A stretch of 64,000 nucleotides of DNA from contig NC_043003.1 of NCBI RefSeq assembly GCF_006345805.1, positions 55,676,001-55,740,000 on the forward strand, in the 5' to 3' direction. A program made the translations under genes and the position numbers. The notes below the pieces were generated by a model, which searched no databases, had not been told where the DNA came from, and saw nothing but the letters and a program-made list of their open reading frames with translations. Below are positions 1 to 13,586 of this stretch, one piece after another. The DNA comes from Octopus sinensis (Eukaryota). Positions within the stretch are counted from its first letter, which is position 1. Each line of letters starts with the position of its first letter.

Positions 1-354
1 TATTGGTTTGATAATTCGGGTGACATAACGTTAAGCAATAAAAAATATTTCCTGAATTCACCTTATCTGAATCCGAGGAATATGTCACAGAAAAATATTG
101 CTACAGGAATAAAAAAAGGGGGGAAAGATATCAAAGGTAAACGGGCCAGAAAAATATGTTACATATAAAAAGGCAAAGGGAAAAAATATATCATAGGTAG
201 AAAAACTGAGGCGGAAAATGTTTTAGGAAAAAGTAAATGTTTCTTCAATTTCATTGTTATATTTGAAAAATACAATAAAGCGTCATTCTTTTGCCTTGCA
301 TTTAAATGCAGGTTTTTAAGTTTATCTAACTGTCTGTATGTCTGTCTGTCTGTG

Positions 355-428
<74 letters not shown>

Positions 429-429
429 A

Positions 430-504
<75 letters not shown>
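355..504. repeat. (TATC)n microsatellite
   Basis: Near-perfect TATC run preceded by (TGTC)n. Confidence 0.97.
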
Positions 505-1088
505 GCAGTTTGTCTCTCAATTTAGCTTTCAATACATTAGTTATACACGCACACACAAAGACACACTTTTTCGAACAACGAATGAAACAAATGCAGATTT
601 TTTTTTTAATGTATCCTCTTTTCATTTTGTTCATGTTTTCTCGATGTCCTGCAAAAATATATGCACGTATATATACATATATATGTAGGTATGTACATAT
701 ATATATATGCATGCATATATATACCGTTTGTTTTTTTACTGTTTTGTTCTTACTGTCCTATTTTTGTTACCACTATATCCTTCCGCATATCCCAAATTTT
801 ATTTAATTTGCTTTGCGGGAACGACTGTTTTAACGAAGTCGCTTCTTGTCCATACGTTCGAAACGCGGAATAGATAAAACAGGGGACAACTGATGAAAGG
901 ATTGTTCTTTATGTTGCCTGTCTCGTTCCTCTATTTAATTGTCTCGTTGTTCGAAAAAAAGTTCGTATTCCATGTTTTTTTTTTTTCATCTTCTCGTTTT
1001 TCATTTTGTTCATATTTTTTTGACGTGCTGTACCCATATATGCATATATATATCTGTAGAATAATATGTGACAATTATTCAATAGTCA

Positions 1089-1153
1089 AGATAAAACTCT
1101 GAGTGTTTCGGATGCCGAAGTGGAAATCCACAACACCATCTCTTCGGTTATCT
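1089..1153 (-). ncRNA. Degenerate type I hammerhead ribozyme motif (probable PLE pLTR remnant)
   Basis: Minus strand: agataa-CCGAAGA-gatg...catcc-GAAA-cactcagag-TT-ttatct. Stem I agataa/ttatct, stem II gatg/catc; core has C instead of U at position 4. Confidence 0.5.
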
Positions 1154-1699
1154 GGCCATCTGAAAAACGCTATGAAAAAATACCGTTATATAAAGGGAAA
1201 TTACTGTGTTATAAATTCATCTACTTATATTAATTAAGATTAAATGGTCATAGCAAACACGTAAGCATGGCTACTCATGCGCTCACATGGGTGCTCGCGC
1301 ACTCATGTGCTTACTTATACGTCACTATGAAAACGTACACATCTTCACTCGAATATTTCGCCAAAAGTATATGCATATATATATACAAACTTATACACAC
1401 ACATGCGTACCGTAAAAGTTCATACATACGTCTGTATACGCACAAGCACCAGAAAAAACATTGGTTAAAGGTAACAATACAGAAAAAAACAACAATACAG
1501 AAAAAACATAAGGAAGTATACAAAGCGTAAAAACCACGTTCATATACGGACATACCCTTATGCACTCATACACACACACGCCCATATATGTACATATCTG
1601 CACATGTTTATATACGCACACACACACACGCATACACAAAATGAATTATACATATGCCCAAAAAACCCGAACAAATTGTAAAGATACTTATTAAAAACG

Positions 1700-1754
<55 letters not shown>

Positions 1755-2642
1755 TTATGCCCGCACACACGCACACATCTATATACATACACACCCGCCC
1801 ACTCATATATATTCACCGACGTGTACAAATAAATCAATATACTCGTCTATATAGGCACAGGAAAAAATGCAGAATGGAAGAGTAGAGAAAAAAATATGTG
1901 TAAAAATATAAACATATATGAAATAATAAAAGGTATAATGAGATAAAAAAACTTTTTGGGACATAATATAGAAAGCAAGTTCTATCTGTATTCTTAGGGG
2001 GACCAAAAACGTAACAAAAATGTTGTCACATGTGAGCATGATCCGAAAGGTTCTGTCCTTGAGTTTAGACATGTAGTAGGGTCTGAGCTGCTTTTCCAGA
2101 TAAGCCATCTCTCTATGTGACATAGACCGTACTTTCCGCTGCTGTTGGTCAACCACAACACCTAGGAAACAAAAGCACAAGAGTACCCTGCTTGGATAAA
2201 CTGCACCAACACAGGTGCCACCACAGAACAGGATTGCAAGCGCACAACAAAACGCAAACTACGAAAGACGGGAGCCGATTCCTTTCTTCCCAAGAGACTA
2301 ACAGTGACCAAACTGTGGTAGACCCCCCGAGTATGTATCGGAGCTATTAACCTCAGCCGTACACACGGTGCCCAATTTTTTCACGTGTGGTATTTGGTCA
2401 TACTTCAGCAACGACGACTAACTAATAAAATATATATACATATACTATATGTGTGGTTGCTTGTAAAATAAGTGTGTGTGTATTGTAAGAAGCTTGCTTC
2501 CCAAGAACACGGGTCCTGATTCAGTCCTACTGCGTAGTACTAGTATTTTCTACTATAGCCCCAAACCTATCAAAGCATCGTGAGGGGATTTGGTACGCGG
2601 AAGCAGAAAGAAGCCCATCGGATAAATATGCATGTATATACA

Positions 2643-2695
<53 letters not shown>

Positions 2696-2722
2696 GCGTA
2701 CTTGTATATATATATGTATGTA

Positions 2723-2787
<65 letters not shown>

Positions 2788-2791
<4 letters not shown>

Positions 2792-3025
2792 ACAATCAAG
2801 GAACGGCCATAATAGGCCATTCACCCACTAGAAATAACAGCCAAAGCTTCAACCGCAAATAAAAATCAATTCCGTAAACCAGGAGAAAATTTAAAAAACA
2901 TTTACCCTGTAAATTTTTTTAAATTTTCTCCTGGTTTACGGAATTGATTTTTATTTGCGGTTGAAGCTTTGGCTGTTATTTCTAGTGGGTGAATGGCCTA
3001 TTATGGCCGTTCCTTGATTGTTGAT
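2788..3025. repeat. Near-perfect 238-bp palindrome (foldback/MITE-like)
   Basis: Arms starting atcaacaatcaaggaacggcc... are reverse-complement identical over about 110 bp; abuts (TA)n on the left. Confidence 0.9.
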
Positions 3026-3210
3026 GTTGAACTTAAAAATGGTCTATGACTATTTAATTTTTTCCCACTAGGCCGCTGGTGGCAAAAAAATTCTACAAAA
3101 TTTTTTTTGCCACCCTATATTGATTAATAAATATATATATATATATATATATAAATATATATACATATACAGAGAGAGAGGGAGAGAGAGAGAGAGAGAG
3201 AGAGAAAGAA

Positions 3211-3271
<61 letters not shown>

Positions 3272-3289
3272 CAGATAGATAGATAGATA

Positions 3290-3785
3290 AGCAGATAAAA
3301 TTATCAAAGAGGACAATAAACGTTAAAGCAAGACATATCTTAAATCATATACGTTATCATTTTTGAAAAGTTTGAAAGTCTTACACCTGTTTATGGGATA
3401 TTCCGTCATCGCAGAAAAATAAGAAAAATGTGAAGGGTATAGATTAATGAAACGATGACATAGAAGACATGAGACAAGGAATAAAGAAATGAAGAAAAAA
3501 AAAAGAAAAAAAGTATAAGATATACTAGTTCAACTTTCCGATTGTGTAGATGTTAGTCCATAAGTCTTTAAGTGAAATCCGGTGTAAATCCATGTATGGT
3601 TATAACCTTAATAATTCAAAATAGTGTAAATAATGCCCTTTTACTGATTCGTCCGAAATCAGATTTCGTGTGGCAGATGCGTCTTATAGAGGGTTTCGTT
3701 AAGAGGTCTGGTTTATGGTCCTTAAGATTGACGTGTTGGGCTCCTGGTTGTAGGGCTCCGTGCGGTCGTCGACTTCGAACGTATT
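3290..3785 (-). mobile_element. Penelope-like element 3' end (GIY-YIG C-terminus, 3' UTR, hammerhead remnant)
   Basis: Frameshifted minus-strand peptides DRTEPYN / PGAQ / HKPDLLTK...ICHTKSDF resemble the PLE endonuclease C-terminus; the UTR aligns in inverted orientation with 5400-5900. Confidence 0.6.
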
Positions 3786-3800
3786 TACAAGTCTCTAACT

Positions 3801-4215
3801 AACCATCATGGAACAGATAGCTGCAACTGCAGATCTGGTACCGACTGCCCGCTGCAAGCCCAATGTAGAAGATTTAACGTGGTATACCAATGCACAATCT
3901 GCAACATATTAAATTATACCAATAGCTACTATAACGTATCAACCACTAAATTTAAACAAATATATTCTTGACATCTAAACTCATTTAAATATAAAGAGCA
4001 TAGCAATTCCACATCACTAGCCAGTCACATACACCATCTAATTAATAGAAAAATACAATATAGGTTTTCCTGGGCTATAATAGATTCTGGCATCCCATAT
4101 CAGACCCAGCGCCGCTCCACATGAAGACTGAAAATTTTAACCCATAACTCATCACAATTGCTTAACAAGCGCAGGAGAATCCTTCACAACGTTTACACAG
4201 AAATTCTTCCGCGCT
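3801..4215 (+). pseudogene. Penelope-like GIY-YIG endonuclease remnant
   Basis: Translates to CNCRSGTDCPLQAQCRRFNVVYQCTI...TKFKQIYS*HLNSFKYKEHSNSTSLASHIHHL...WAII...PY...LLNKR, the Cys-rich linker plus endonuclease pattern of PLEs; in-frame stops. Confidence 0.8.
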
Positions 4216-4780
4216 ATTAATTTCGTCCATGAATCCAAATTCACCACACATAACACTCACACACATACATCCATGATACCCTTGTATATTTTTTCTATCT
4301 ACTTCAGTTTCTTACAAGATAACTGTGAATTCATTAAATTATTTTTAAACCTTACCCTACTAAATCTCCTAATAATTAGTTGTAACTCATATTCCTAAAT
4401 AATTTAACATTCATCTGGTTTCTCCATTCACAACTTCCTAGACATTCATACCTCCGTAGCTAAAACTATTTCTACAGCCATTGACCTTAGATATACAACG
4501 GACACAAACACTAATAGGTTTCCTCCCCAACCCCTACAAACTAGAAGAAAAGCACTGGCACATTCTATTCTCTTTCAATTCCTTCATCTTTATTTTGCTT
4601 TGTTTCATACGTTATTTGCCTTTACCTCTTCCTCTCTCTTTATTTCCCTTTATATATTTACTTATTTGTCTTGTTTATTTTTCTACATTATCCCTAATTG
4701 TATCCTTCATACCGATCCTTGTTTTCCCTCTACAATTTCAGAACATTCTGCTTCACCACTAATAACTTCCTCCCTTTCTC

Positions 4781-5000
4781 TTTTACTCTTTTACGTGTTT
4801 CAGTTATTTGACAGTGGCCATGCTGGAGCACCATCTTTAGTCGCGCAAATCGACCCCAGGACTTATTCTTTGTAATTCTAATACTTATTCTATCGGTCTC
4901 TTTTGCCGAACCGCTAAGTTACAGGGACGTAAACACACCAGCATCGGCTGTCAAGCGATGCTGGGGGTACAAACACAGACACACAAACATATACACACAC

Positions 5001-5039
<39 letters not shown>

Positions 5040-5222
5040 TACAGACATACATACATATATACGACGGGATTCTTTCAGTTTCCGTCTACCAAATCCACTC
5101 ACAAGACTTTGGTCGACCCGAAGACACTTATAGTAGAAGACACTTGCTAAAGGTGCCACGCAGTGAGACTGAACCCGGAACCATGTGTTTGGTAAGCAAG
5201 CTACTTACCACACAGCCACTCC
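4781..5222 (-). mobile_element. Abundant ~450-500 bp tRNA-derived SINE with internal (TA)n(TG)n
   Basis: Aligns with copies at 23095-23578, 45252-45650, 16648-17010, 33245-33570, 60451-60745 and a partial copy at 5590-5735. Confidence 0.9.
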
Positions 5223-5399
5223 TACTACTATGTATATATAAGGGACAATAAGGAGAGAGGAAGAGGTAAAGGCAAATAAAGTAAGAAAACAAAATTGTGT
5301 AAGATAAAGGGATTCAAAGAGAATAGTAGATGCCAGTGATATTCTTCAGGTTTGGGAGGAAACCTATTAGTGTTTGTGCATATTTATTTTTGTTTCTCT

Positions 5400-5900
5400 C
5401 TATCCCTTAATAGCCAACTCCGCTACCATTCTCTTACAAAACTACGATATGTTCGCGTTTACCTCTGGATATTTACACCAAATTTACACTATGAAGGCTA
5501 TAACCATACATGGCTTTACACAGGATTGCACTTTAGGACTTATCGACTGACAACTACACTATCAGAAATTTGAACTCTTTCTCTTTTTCTCTTTTTTCTC
5601 TTTTACTTGTTTCAGTCATTTAACTGCGGCCATGCTGGAGCACCGCCTTTAGTCGAGCAAATCGACCCCAGGACTTATTCTTTGCAAGCCCAGTACTTAT
5701 TATATCGGTCTCTTTTGCCGAACCGCTAAGTGACGAGAATATTTATGCATCTTTTTTTTTCTCCATTTCTGTATTACTTTTCTCCTGTCCTCTATGTCAT
5801 CGTTTCATTACTCTATACTCTTCACATTTTCTCTATTTGTCTCCGATGACGCAGTATAACATACATTGGGATATCCCAGAAACAGCCGTAGAACTATGAA
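5400..5900 (+). mobile_element. PLE 3' UTR copy with hammerhead remnant, interrupted by a SINE at ~5590-5735
   Basis: Shares ataaccatacatgg...tgaact and ctatgtcatcgtttcatta blocks with the reverse complement of 3290-3620; CCGATGA...gggatatccc-a-GAAA-cagccg-TA at 5843-5890. Confidence 0.6.
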
Positions 5901-7025
5901 TTTTTTTCTACTAGTAATAACGTATATAACCATAGATGTTTATTTTGCTTTAGCGTGCGTGTGCGTGTGTGTATTTCTTTTAAATCCAGGGTAACCCGGA
6001 ATAGTTCTTACCTTACCTTACCTAAAAACAAAAAAAAAAAAAATGCAAACACTATCAAACCGGCGCATATACATGTATACCTTAAGCTCCCATCCAGTTA
6101 TCTTTAATAGATGTTGTTTCCTATAAGGTTTTGTTACGCATTGCCCGGTAAGGTACATTATATTCTGTAATTTCACCAGAAGAATTAGCTTAATCATAGT
6201 CCGAAATATACCGCATTGCATCCTGTTGCTCGGCGAAGGCTTCTTCGAAACACAGAGTAGAGTCTCCTTTATTTTACTAACAACACCAGCCAGTAACTGT
6301 ATATTCCTGCGATTATGGTGTATTTCTCTATCGTATCATTTGGAAGGTTTGTCATAAATACTGATGACACACGTTTTTTGTTCATGCATTTATTTATTTA
6401 TTTATTTATTTATTTATTCATTTGTTATTGGCAGGGAATATCCGGCTTTTGCTTCCTTCTTATTATAGAATACAAAATGTCGGCCAGCGATCCACAGAAA
6501 TTCACCATCAGTAGAGAAATTCAAACACATTCCACATGATTTATATGCTTATAAAATGCATGCAGTACAATGCATGCAGAACAATGCCTAGCAGTAGAAG
6601 AAGATAAAGAAGAAAAATATTAATACGTATAAACACGCTCACAGGAAGTTTGGGTTATCTACCCATATTAGTTTATCTCCTATTAGTTCACTTGACTAGT
6701 ATATCTTTACTGCTCAAACGTGTTAGGCTGTATTGCATCCTTCATCCTTTGTCTGACAAAGTACTTTATAATATGTCCCTTCGTCAACAGAAGCGCTTTC
6801 GTTGCAGATAGAAGACAACCAGTTCCATTTCCCGTCTCCTGGTGAAGGAGCTTTGCAGGAAATGATGAAGAAAGCCAAATATATTTTCCTTACTACAAGG
6901 CCAATTATGTTTTGTGTATTTTTTCCTTTCTATTCGTGTTTAGTTTCTGATAGCTTTTCTAGATACATACATACATACATACATACATGCATATATACAT
7001 ACATACATATACATACACACACATG

Positions 7026-7063
<38 letters not shown>

Positions 7064-7477
7064 TGCAACCATACACACAGGAAAAATATATGTTTCTGTA
7101 TGAATTATCGATGCATACATTATATATGTGCGTATCATTATTAGTGAGTTTGTATGAATATTTTGAATGTATATACATGAATGCACATCAACACACATTA
7201 AAACACATTGTAATGCCATAATGCACAATTTACATCCACCTAACCAACAAATACTTTCTTAATGTACTAAATATATTGACTTTTTACATTTCATTTGATC
7301 TTTTTAATCAACAAATATTATTGTTCAAAGTGTAAAACCTTTAAAGTGTCTATTATTTTTGTATCGAATGAATAGTTGAAAGCTTTGACAAGTTGTACGT
7401 CTAAAACTCTAAAACTCTAAGACATCTGTAGACAATAATTCCTCTAGACCAAAATACAAGTATATATATATATATAT

Positions 7478-7530
<53 letters not shown>

Positions 7531-8129
7531 CGTGTGTATGTGTGTGCGTGTGTGTATACGCGTGTGTTGTGTGTGGTGTTTAGTGTGTCTGAGGGTGAGT
7601 GTGCCTGTTTGTCTGTATATGTATATTTATACTTACACGTATATATGTTTGTACGTATATATGGCTTGATACGGGTGTAAATACACGCCCCCACCAAATA
7701 CACACACCCACAAAGACACAAATATGTCTATATACATATGTATATATATATATAACTTCGATGAAGTGATGTAATCAAAATATTTTATATGACACGCAAT
7801 TAATCTTACAACAGAAACTCAATAAGGAAATGATGTGAGTAACACGAATATATAGTTCTGAATGAATCCTCTTACACCTGAATCCACGCGTGCACAAAAA
7901 TGTACATAGACAACCATGCATACATGGGGAGGGATCGGTCCCACTGAGTGGAACTTTGGACGAGGGTCGTCTACAATTGTGATATGTATACCTACACGTA
8001 CACACACATATAAATTCATATATTCATGTATATTTATATATATAAATGTCTAAATTGGATATTTGCACATATATATATGCATATATGCATATATACATAT
8101 ATATGTATATACATACATAATATAATACA

Positions 8130-8166
<37 letters not shown>

Positions 8167-8173
8167 GATATAT

Positions 8174-8207
<34 letters not shown>

Positions 8208-8466
8208 ATATATATATAAACCTATTTAAAATACTACTTAGTCTCAGTTAAATTAGAAGTGAAAATTGATTTGTAGCGGACCTATCGAACACATATCTAT
8301 CTCTGTATTCTCTCACTACATATGCTTCTTGTTGTAAGCAAGTCTAGTGGTGTGTACCAATACCATTCTAATTTGACCATTTCCTCTTTGATAATGCATA
8401 GGAGTGTAGCAAAAGCCTGTTCATAGTGTGCATCTTTGCTGCAAGTGGTCACACATCAATCTAGTC

Positions 8467-8654
8467 CAGTGCCCCCCTAACCTGGGTCCCGCGGACCACT
8501 GGAGGTTCGCAAAGGTAGTACTAAGGATCCGTGGACTAAATTCAAAATTTAATATATATATATATATATACACATACTTACATACATACATATGCATATT
8601 TAAAGTGTTTCGTGGGAAAAACTCATTTAAATAAAAAAAAGTTCGGAACCACTG
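8467..8654. mobile_element. hAT (Charlie-like) MITE
   Basis: Ends CAGTG...aacc / gttcggaaccACTG; degenerate 8-bp TSD atctagtc / atctaagc resembling the NTCTAGAN target. Confidence 0.7.
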
Positions 8655-9995
8655 ATCTAAGCCTTCTGACTCTCATCCCATCACGTGACAGACCAGCCGA
8701 GCTGCGGGAATTTATATCACCTATATAAGGAACTCTTTCCCGCTATATGTTCTGTGAGGTGGGTTTGCCCGGTCGAGTTCGTATCTTCAGCAGAGAGTAA
8801 GTTTATATCGCAGGTAGCCTCATTTATTATTTGACGCATACCTTTGTTCCTCTCCTCTAGCAGAGGTTATGTTACGTATTTGCTTTCCTATTCTACATCG
8901 CATACGTCATTATCAAGTACCAACTCCATATGCAACTATTGTGTATATATACTAACCGTTCATTCAAGATATATCTCAACAACTTTGCTGTGTTAATGCT
9001 CTTTATCGTGTTGAATAAATCATCGCATTTAATCCTGGTTTCTTCGTTCGTCCTTTATCTATGCACGCAACCTTATTCAAACCAGCTTTATCCATCAAAT
9101 CAACAACCACCGTTAATGGAGTATGTTAACCAATGTGTCATGCTTTTATAAGAGCATGGTACACTTTTTCTGTTACTAACAAACCATACGAAAATACTAA
9201 CACATTAGTTTTTTCTCGTCAAATACTGCTTATATTAGAACTAAAAATATTTAAATTGATGCTAATGAAGTTTGTTTGTAGATTATAATCGGTGAAACAA
9301 CCAACAAGACACGAATGAAAACGCAATTTATCTGGCAGTACAAGGATGAAAGCAAATCTATTTACGGCTGAATTTGAACGTAGAAAGCAAAAATCTGTAA
9401 CAGAATACCAAAAGATATTTCACCAGTTGATCTGAGGATCCGCTGAATCCAGAGCCTTTACGATGGAATACCTTTAAAACATAAAATATACAGAGGCGTA
9501 AATAAGGTTTATATATAAAATCATAAGACAGAAAAATAATCACAGTCAGTTCGACGACAAGACACTCACTGTTTCATAGTACCAGTATAAGATATAATCG
9601 ATTAGACAATAACAGTAAGAGGTGGTAGGGTTGAAAGGCTTATAGACAGGGTAGGGAAGAGCTTTTTCATTTTGCTTGGTGAAAGGAGATTTTCTATTAA
9701 ATAAACATATGTTTGATTATATACACAGACAATTATATATTCATACACCAATTCAAGCATACATACAGACACACATAATTACAAGACAAGACAGAAAGAG
9801 GAAAAGAGAGAGGAGTGAAAGGGGGAGAGGTTACGAACAGAGAATTTCAAATGAAATGGACAAGTTTTACGCAATGTATGCATGTATTCGTGTGAATGTG
9901 TGTGTGTATATATATATACACGCATACATAATATATATATATATATATATATAAGTGTATATATTTATGTATATGTAAATAAATATATATTACCA

Positions 9996-10049
<54 letters not shown>

Positions 10050-10075
10050 GTGTGTGAATTTGTGTATGTAAACAT

Positions 10076-10109
<34 letters not shown>

Positions 10110-10499
10110 TCGTATGCATACAATTGTACATATATGAACATATGTGTGTATATTTACACACACAAATGCATATGTCATGAATTCCAATTAGCTAGAGTGT
10201 ATATAATAACGGTTGGAGGACTCGCAGACAAACTTCATCAGCGTCAATCTAAAAAGGATCATGTCTAATAAATACCGGGATTATGTTGGCTTTGTGTAAA
10301 TTCCGCAGTTTCCTAATTGCTCAAGTGCTTTTCAAAGTAAATTTTTCGGTTGGTTTTCGTCTTCGTCATTGGAAGCGAATAAGCGAAGACACAACTATTG
10401 TACTGCTAATCACTACACAGATTTAGTGGTGTAAAAAGCCATTTCGAATACAAATATACACAAGCACCCACCCCACCAAATTATATATGTATATATATA

Positions 10500-10548
<49 letters not shown>

Positions 10549-10631
10549 GTGTGTGTATATATATATATAATATATATGTGTCTGTATATATTGTATATAT
10601 ATATATATATTATATATATATATATATATAT

Positions 10632-10855
10632 AGAGGCGCAATGGCCAGTGGTTAGGGCAGCGGACTTGCGGTCGGAGGATCGCGGTTTCGATTCCCAGAC
10701 CGGGCGTGGCGTGTGTGTGTTTATTGAGCGAAAACACCTAAAAGCTCCACGAGGCTCCGGCAGAGGGTGGTGGTGATCTCTGCTGTACTCTTCACCACTC
10801 TAAAGGCGGTGCTCCAGCATGGCCGCAGTCAAATGACTGAAACAAGTAGAAAAAA
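10632..10855 (+). mobile_element. tRNA-derived SINE (second head type) joined to the common SINE tail
   Basis: A box tggccagtggtt, B-box-like ggtttcgattccc; homologous minus-strand copy at 26560-26835. Confidence 0.8.
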
Positions 10856-11047
10856 TATATATATATACATATATATATATATATGTGTATACATATGTAT
10901 ATATATGTATACATACATACATATATATTATATATATATATACATATATATATGTATATATATATGAATTATATATATATATATATGTATAGATATATAT
11001 ATATGCATATATATAATATTATACATATATATATATATATATATATA

Positions 11048-11081
<34 letters not shown>

Positions 11082-11082
11082 C

Positions 11083-11370
11083 TGAAGGTGCTTGGCTTAG
11101 TGGTTAGTTCAATTGCCGTTGACACGTTTGTTTAAAAGACATTTTTACTTCACGTTGCTCCAGTCCAATCTGCTGGCAAAAATGAACAGTTCCTGTATTC
11201 AAATGGCCATACCTGTCACTGTATGTGTCACGCTGGATCTCTTTCAGAACTACGTTAGGTGTATACGTGTCTGCGGAGTGCTCGGTCCACTTGTACCTTA
11301 ATATCGCGTGCAAGCTGTTCCACTGATCGTAACAGATGGGAACACCCTCGTCACAACTGTCCGTGTGTTC
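11083..11370 (+). mobile_element. Degenerate tRNA-derived SINE
   Basis: tggcttagtggtt A box; body similar to the reverse complement of 59540-59755. Confidence 0.55.
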
Positions 11371-11398
11371 CTATATATATATGTATATATATATATAA

Positions 11399-11483
<85 letters not shown>

Positions 11484-11619
11484 TAAGAAAGTTGAAAAGG
11501 AACACACAGTTCATATACATGGGAAAAATGTCAAGGTGGAAAATGCTAATATACTTTTATAAAATACATTTCAGTACTGGTTTCAGTCATTGAGAAATGT
11601 TCAACTCTAAGTATGGTTT

Positions 11620-12161
11620 TCTGATTGCAGCCCTCCCGTGAAATCCGACTTAGTTAGTTGCCGGCGAACTGTTTTTGCGTTAAACTCTGCAGTGATTTTG
11701 CATTAAGCTCTGCAGTAATTTTGGGAGCTGTACTTCTGTGATCCTTTCTAACAATTCCCAGAAGAGTCCGACGTTCCTTATCTCAAAATGTTGGTTTTCT
11801 TCCGGAGTTTTCTTTTGACGAGGAGGTTTGTACCTCTTTCTCAAAGGCCGTCATAATGTTTGAGACACTACTTCTTAATACACCAAATATTTCGGCTGTT
11901 TTCGTTACGCTAGCGCCTCCCATACGAGCAGCAACAATTTGACCACTCTGAAAGTCCGATAGATCTGTCATTTTAATGAATTTTAATTGACTTTTTCTGG
12001 TGATATCTGACAAGGAACAGCAATTTCAGCAAAAACATAGTAAGCAACACTAATAATAAAATAAATAAATAAAAAATAAACAAGCTTTTGATAGTTTTAT
12101 AGATATTCCAAAATTATGATGCTATGATGCTAGGTCTATTCATTACTTTATCCAACACCTG
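11620..12161 (-). mobile_element. Tc1 transposon 5' fragment
   Basis: MTDLSDFQSGQIVAARMGGASVTKTAEIFGVLRSSVSNIM...SGRKP paired-like HTH; terminal CAGGTGTTGGATAAAGT-type TIR ending at 12161. Confidence 0.85.
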
Positions 12162-12174
12162 TGTGTGTGTGTGC

Positions 12175-12212
<38 letters not shown>

Positions 12213-12216
12213 TATA

Positions 12217-13097
12217 CTAGCAGCATAGCCCGGCGTTGCCCGGGTATGTAAGAGCTCCTAGTAGACAACGACTTGCGGCTGTAGCAGCGATTAGCAGAAG
12301 TATCGTTGACTGCTTGAAGGTGTTGGGGGTAAAGTCTCGAATATAATTTCTCCCCGGTAGGAATTGGTTCACCAAAACATAGGTTAGTGTGGAGGTATCG
12401 ATGTAATCTTTGGTTTGTATGTGGGATACCTTGAAGATTAAGTCTACATTTCCTCCTGTGGGTTGAATTATCAATAGCTGTTTGATAGTTATTCGGGAGA
12501 GAGTTAAAGAAGGTCGAGTTGCGTCCCCTAGACAGTCTGTGGTTTGTGTTTAATACACATATCGGTTTGTTATGTGTGCCTCATACGATTTCATTGACCC
12601 ATTTTTCCAGTAATAAAGTATCCTATTGGAATAAAAAGGGTCGTATATCTCCTTGGAGCAGACATGATGCTCGCTGTGAATTTTTTAAAAAATCCTGCCA
12701 ATTTGTTAAAGATATTGTCGAAAATATGTCATCTTGAATTTGAACGCGATTTCCCAAAATGGCATGATTTTATCGATTTTTTCTGATGGTAAGGTATTGC
12801 ATGGTAAACTAATGTCAGAATTAAGTTTCTTAGAGTAACTTTAAGCTTCACCATGAGTTTGGTGAAAATCGATTGCAAGTTGCGAAAACTACAACAAAAA
12901 ATGTGTTGCATATGAAAAGCTTAGATTCTCGACCCCATGTCGAATTTATCGATTATTTTCAGAACTGGGGGAACTTTTCAAAATTTTCGCTGCGTTAGTT
13001 TTTAATTATGACATTGGGCTATGTGTGTGTCAAGTTTCAGCATAATCGGTTGAAAGCCGTGGTCAAGGTGACGGTAACAACCTGCCTTTTATATATA
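12217..13097 (-). mobile_element. Non-autonomous Helitron, long variant
   Basis: 3' hairpin cccgg-gcaacg-ccggg followed by CTAG|T; shares blocks with 60060-60441. Confidence 0.75.
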
Positions 13098-13117
13098 TAT
13101 ATATATATCTATATATC

Positions 13118-13182
<65 letters not shown>

Positions 13183-13341
13183 GCTTTCCTGCGTATACAC
13201 ACACTTACACACACGCGCGCGCACACACACAAGCATATATAGTGAGAGAGTGAGAAAGTGTGTAAAGTCTATTTGCCAGCGTCAAATGTCAGTCTGATTA
13301 GGATGGTGTTACTATCTTTATATATATATATACATACAATA

Positions 13342-13552
13342 TATATGTATGTATATAAATGAAGCTGGATCTCTTCCTGTCAGGTGTCCCAGATGAATCA
13401 ACTTCACGGCAGGAGGGGCAGATGAGGGCAGCTGCATCGAACTTTCTCATGCACCAAATGGCAGTTGCTAGAAAGCTTTCGTGATGTGAAACCAAGTAGC
13501 AACACCAAATGGCGGTGCCCCAGCATGGCCACAGCTCATAAGCTGAAACTAG

Positions 13553-13585
<33 letters not shown>
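13342..13585 (+). mobile_element. CR1-group LINE 3' end with (ATCA)n tail
   Basis: KLDLFLSGVPDESTSRQEGQMRAAASNFLMHQ...* ORF2 C-terminus, short UTR, then aatc repeats; homologous to 37595-38270. Confidence 0.75.

Positions 13586-13586
<1 letters not shown>

Noticed and set aside
1990-2400. Possible Tx1-like ORF2 C-terminal remnant on the minus strand (EMAYLEKQLR...DRTF)
   Set aside because: Similarity is faint and spread over several frames; it cannot be supported without a profile search.
6700-6900. Apparent exon (ALSLQIEDNQFHFPSPG)
   Set aside because: The minus strand resembles a decayed mariner FLxxxxTGDxKW...RKR segment, and splice signals are ambiguous.
10225-10250. CTGATGA on the minus strand (similar lone cores at 6361 and 17505)
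   Set aside because: No correctly placed GAAA or pairing stems; the 17505 match lies within mariner coding sequence.
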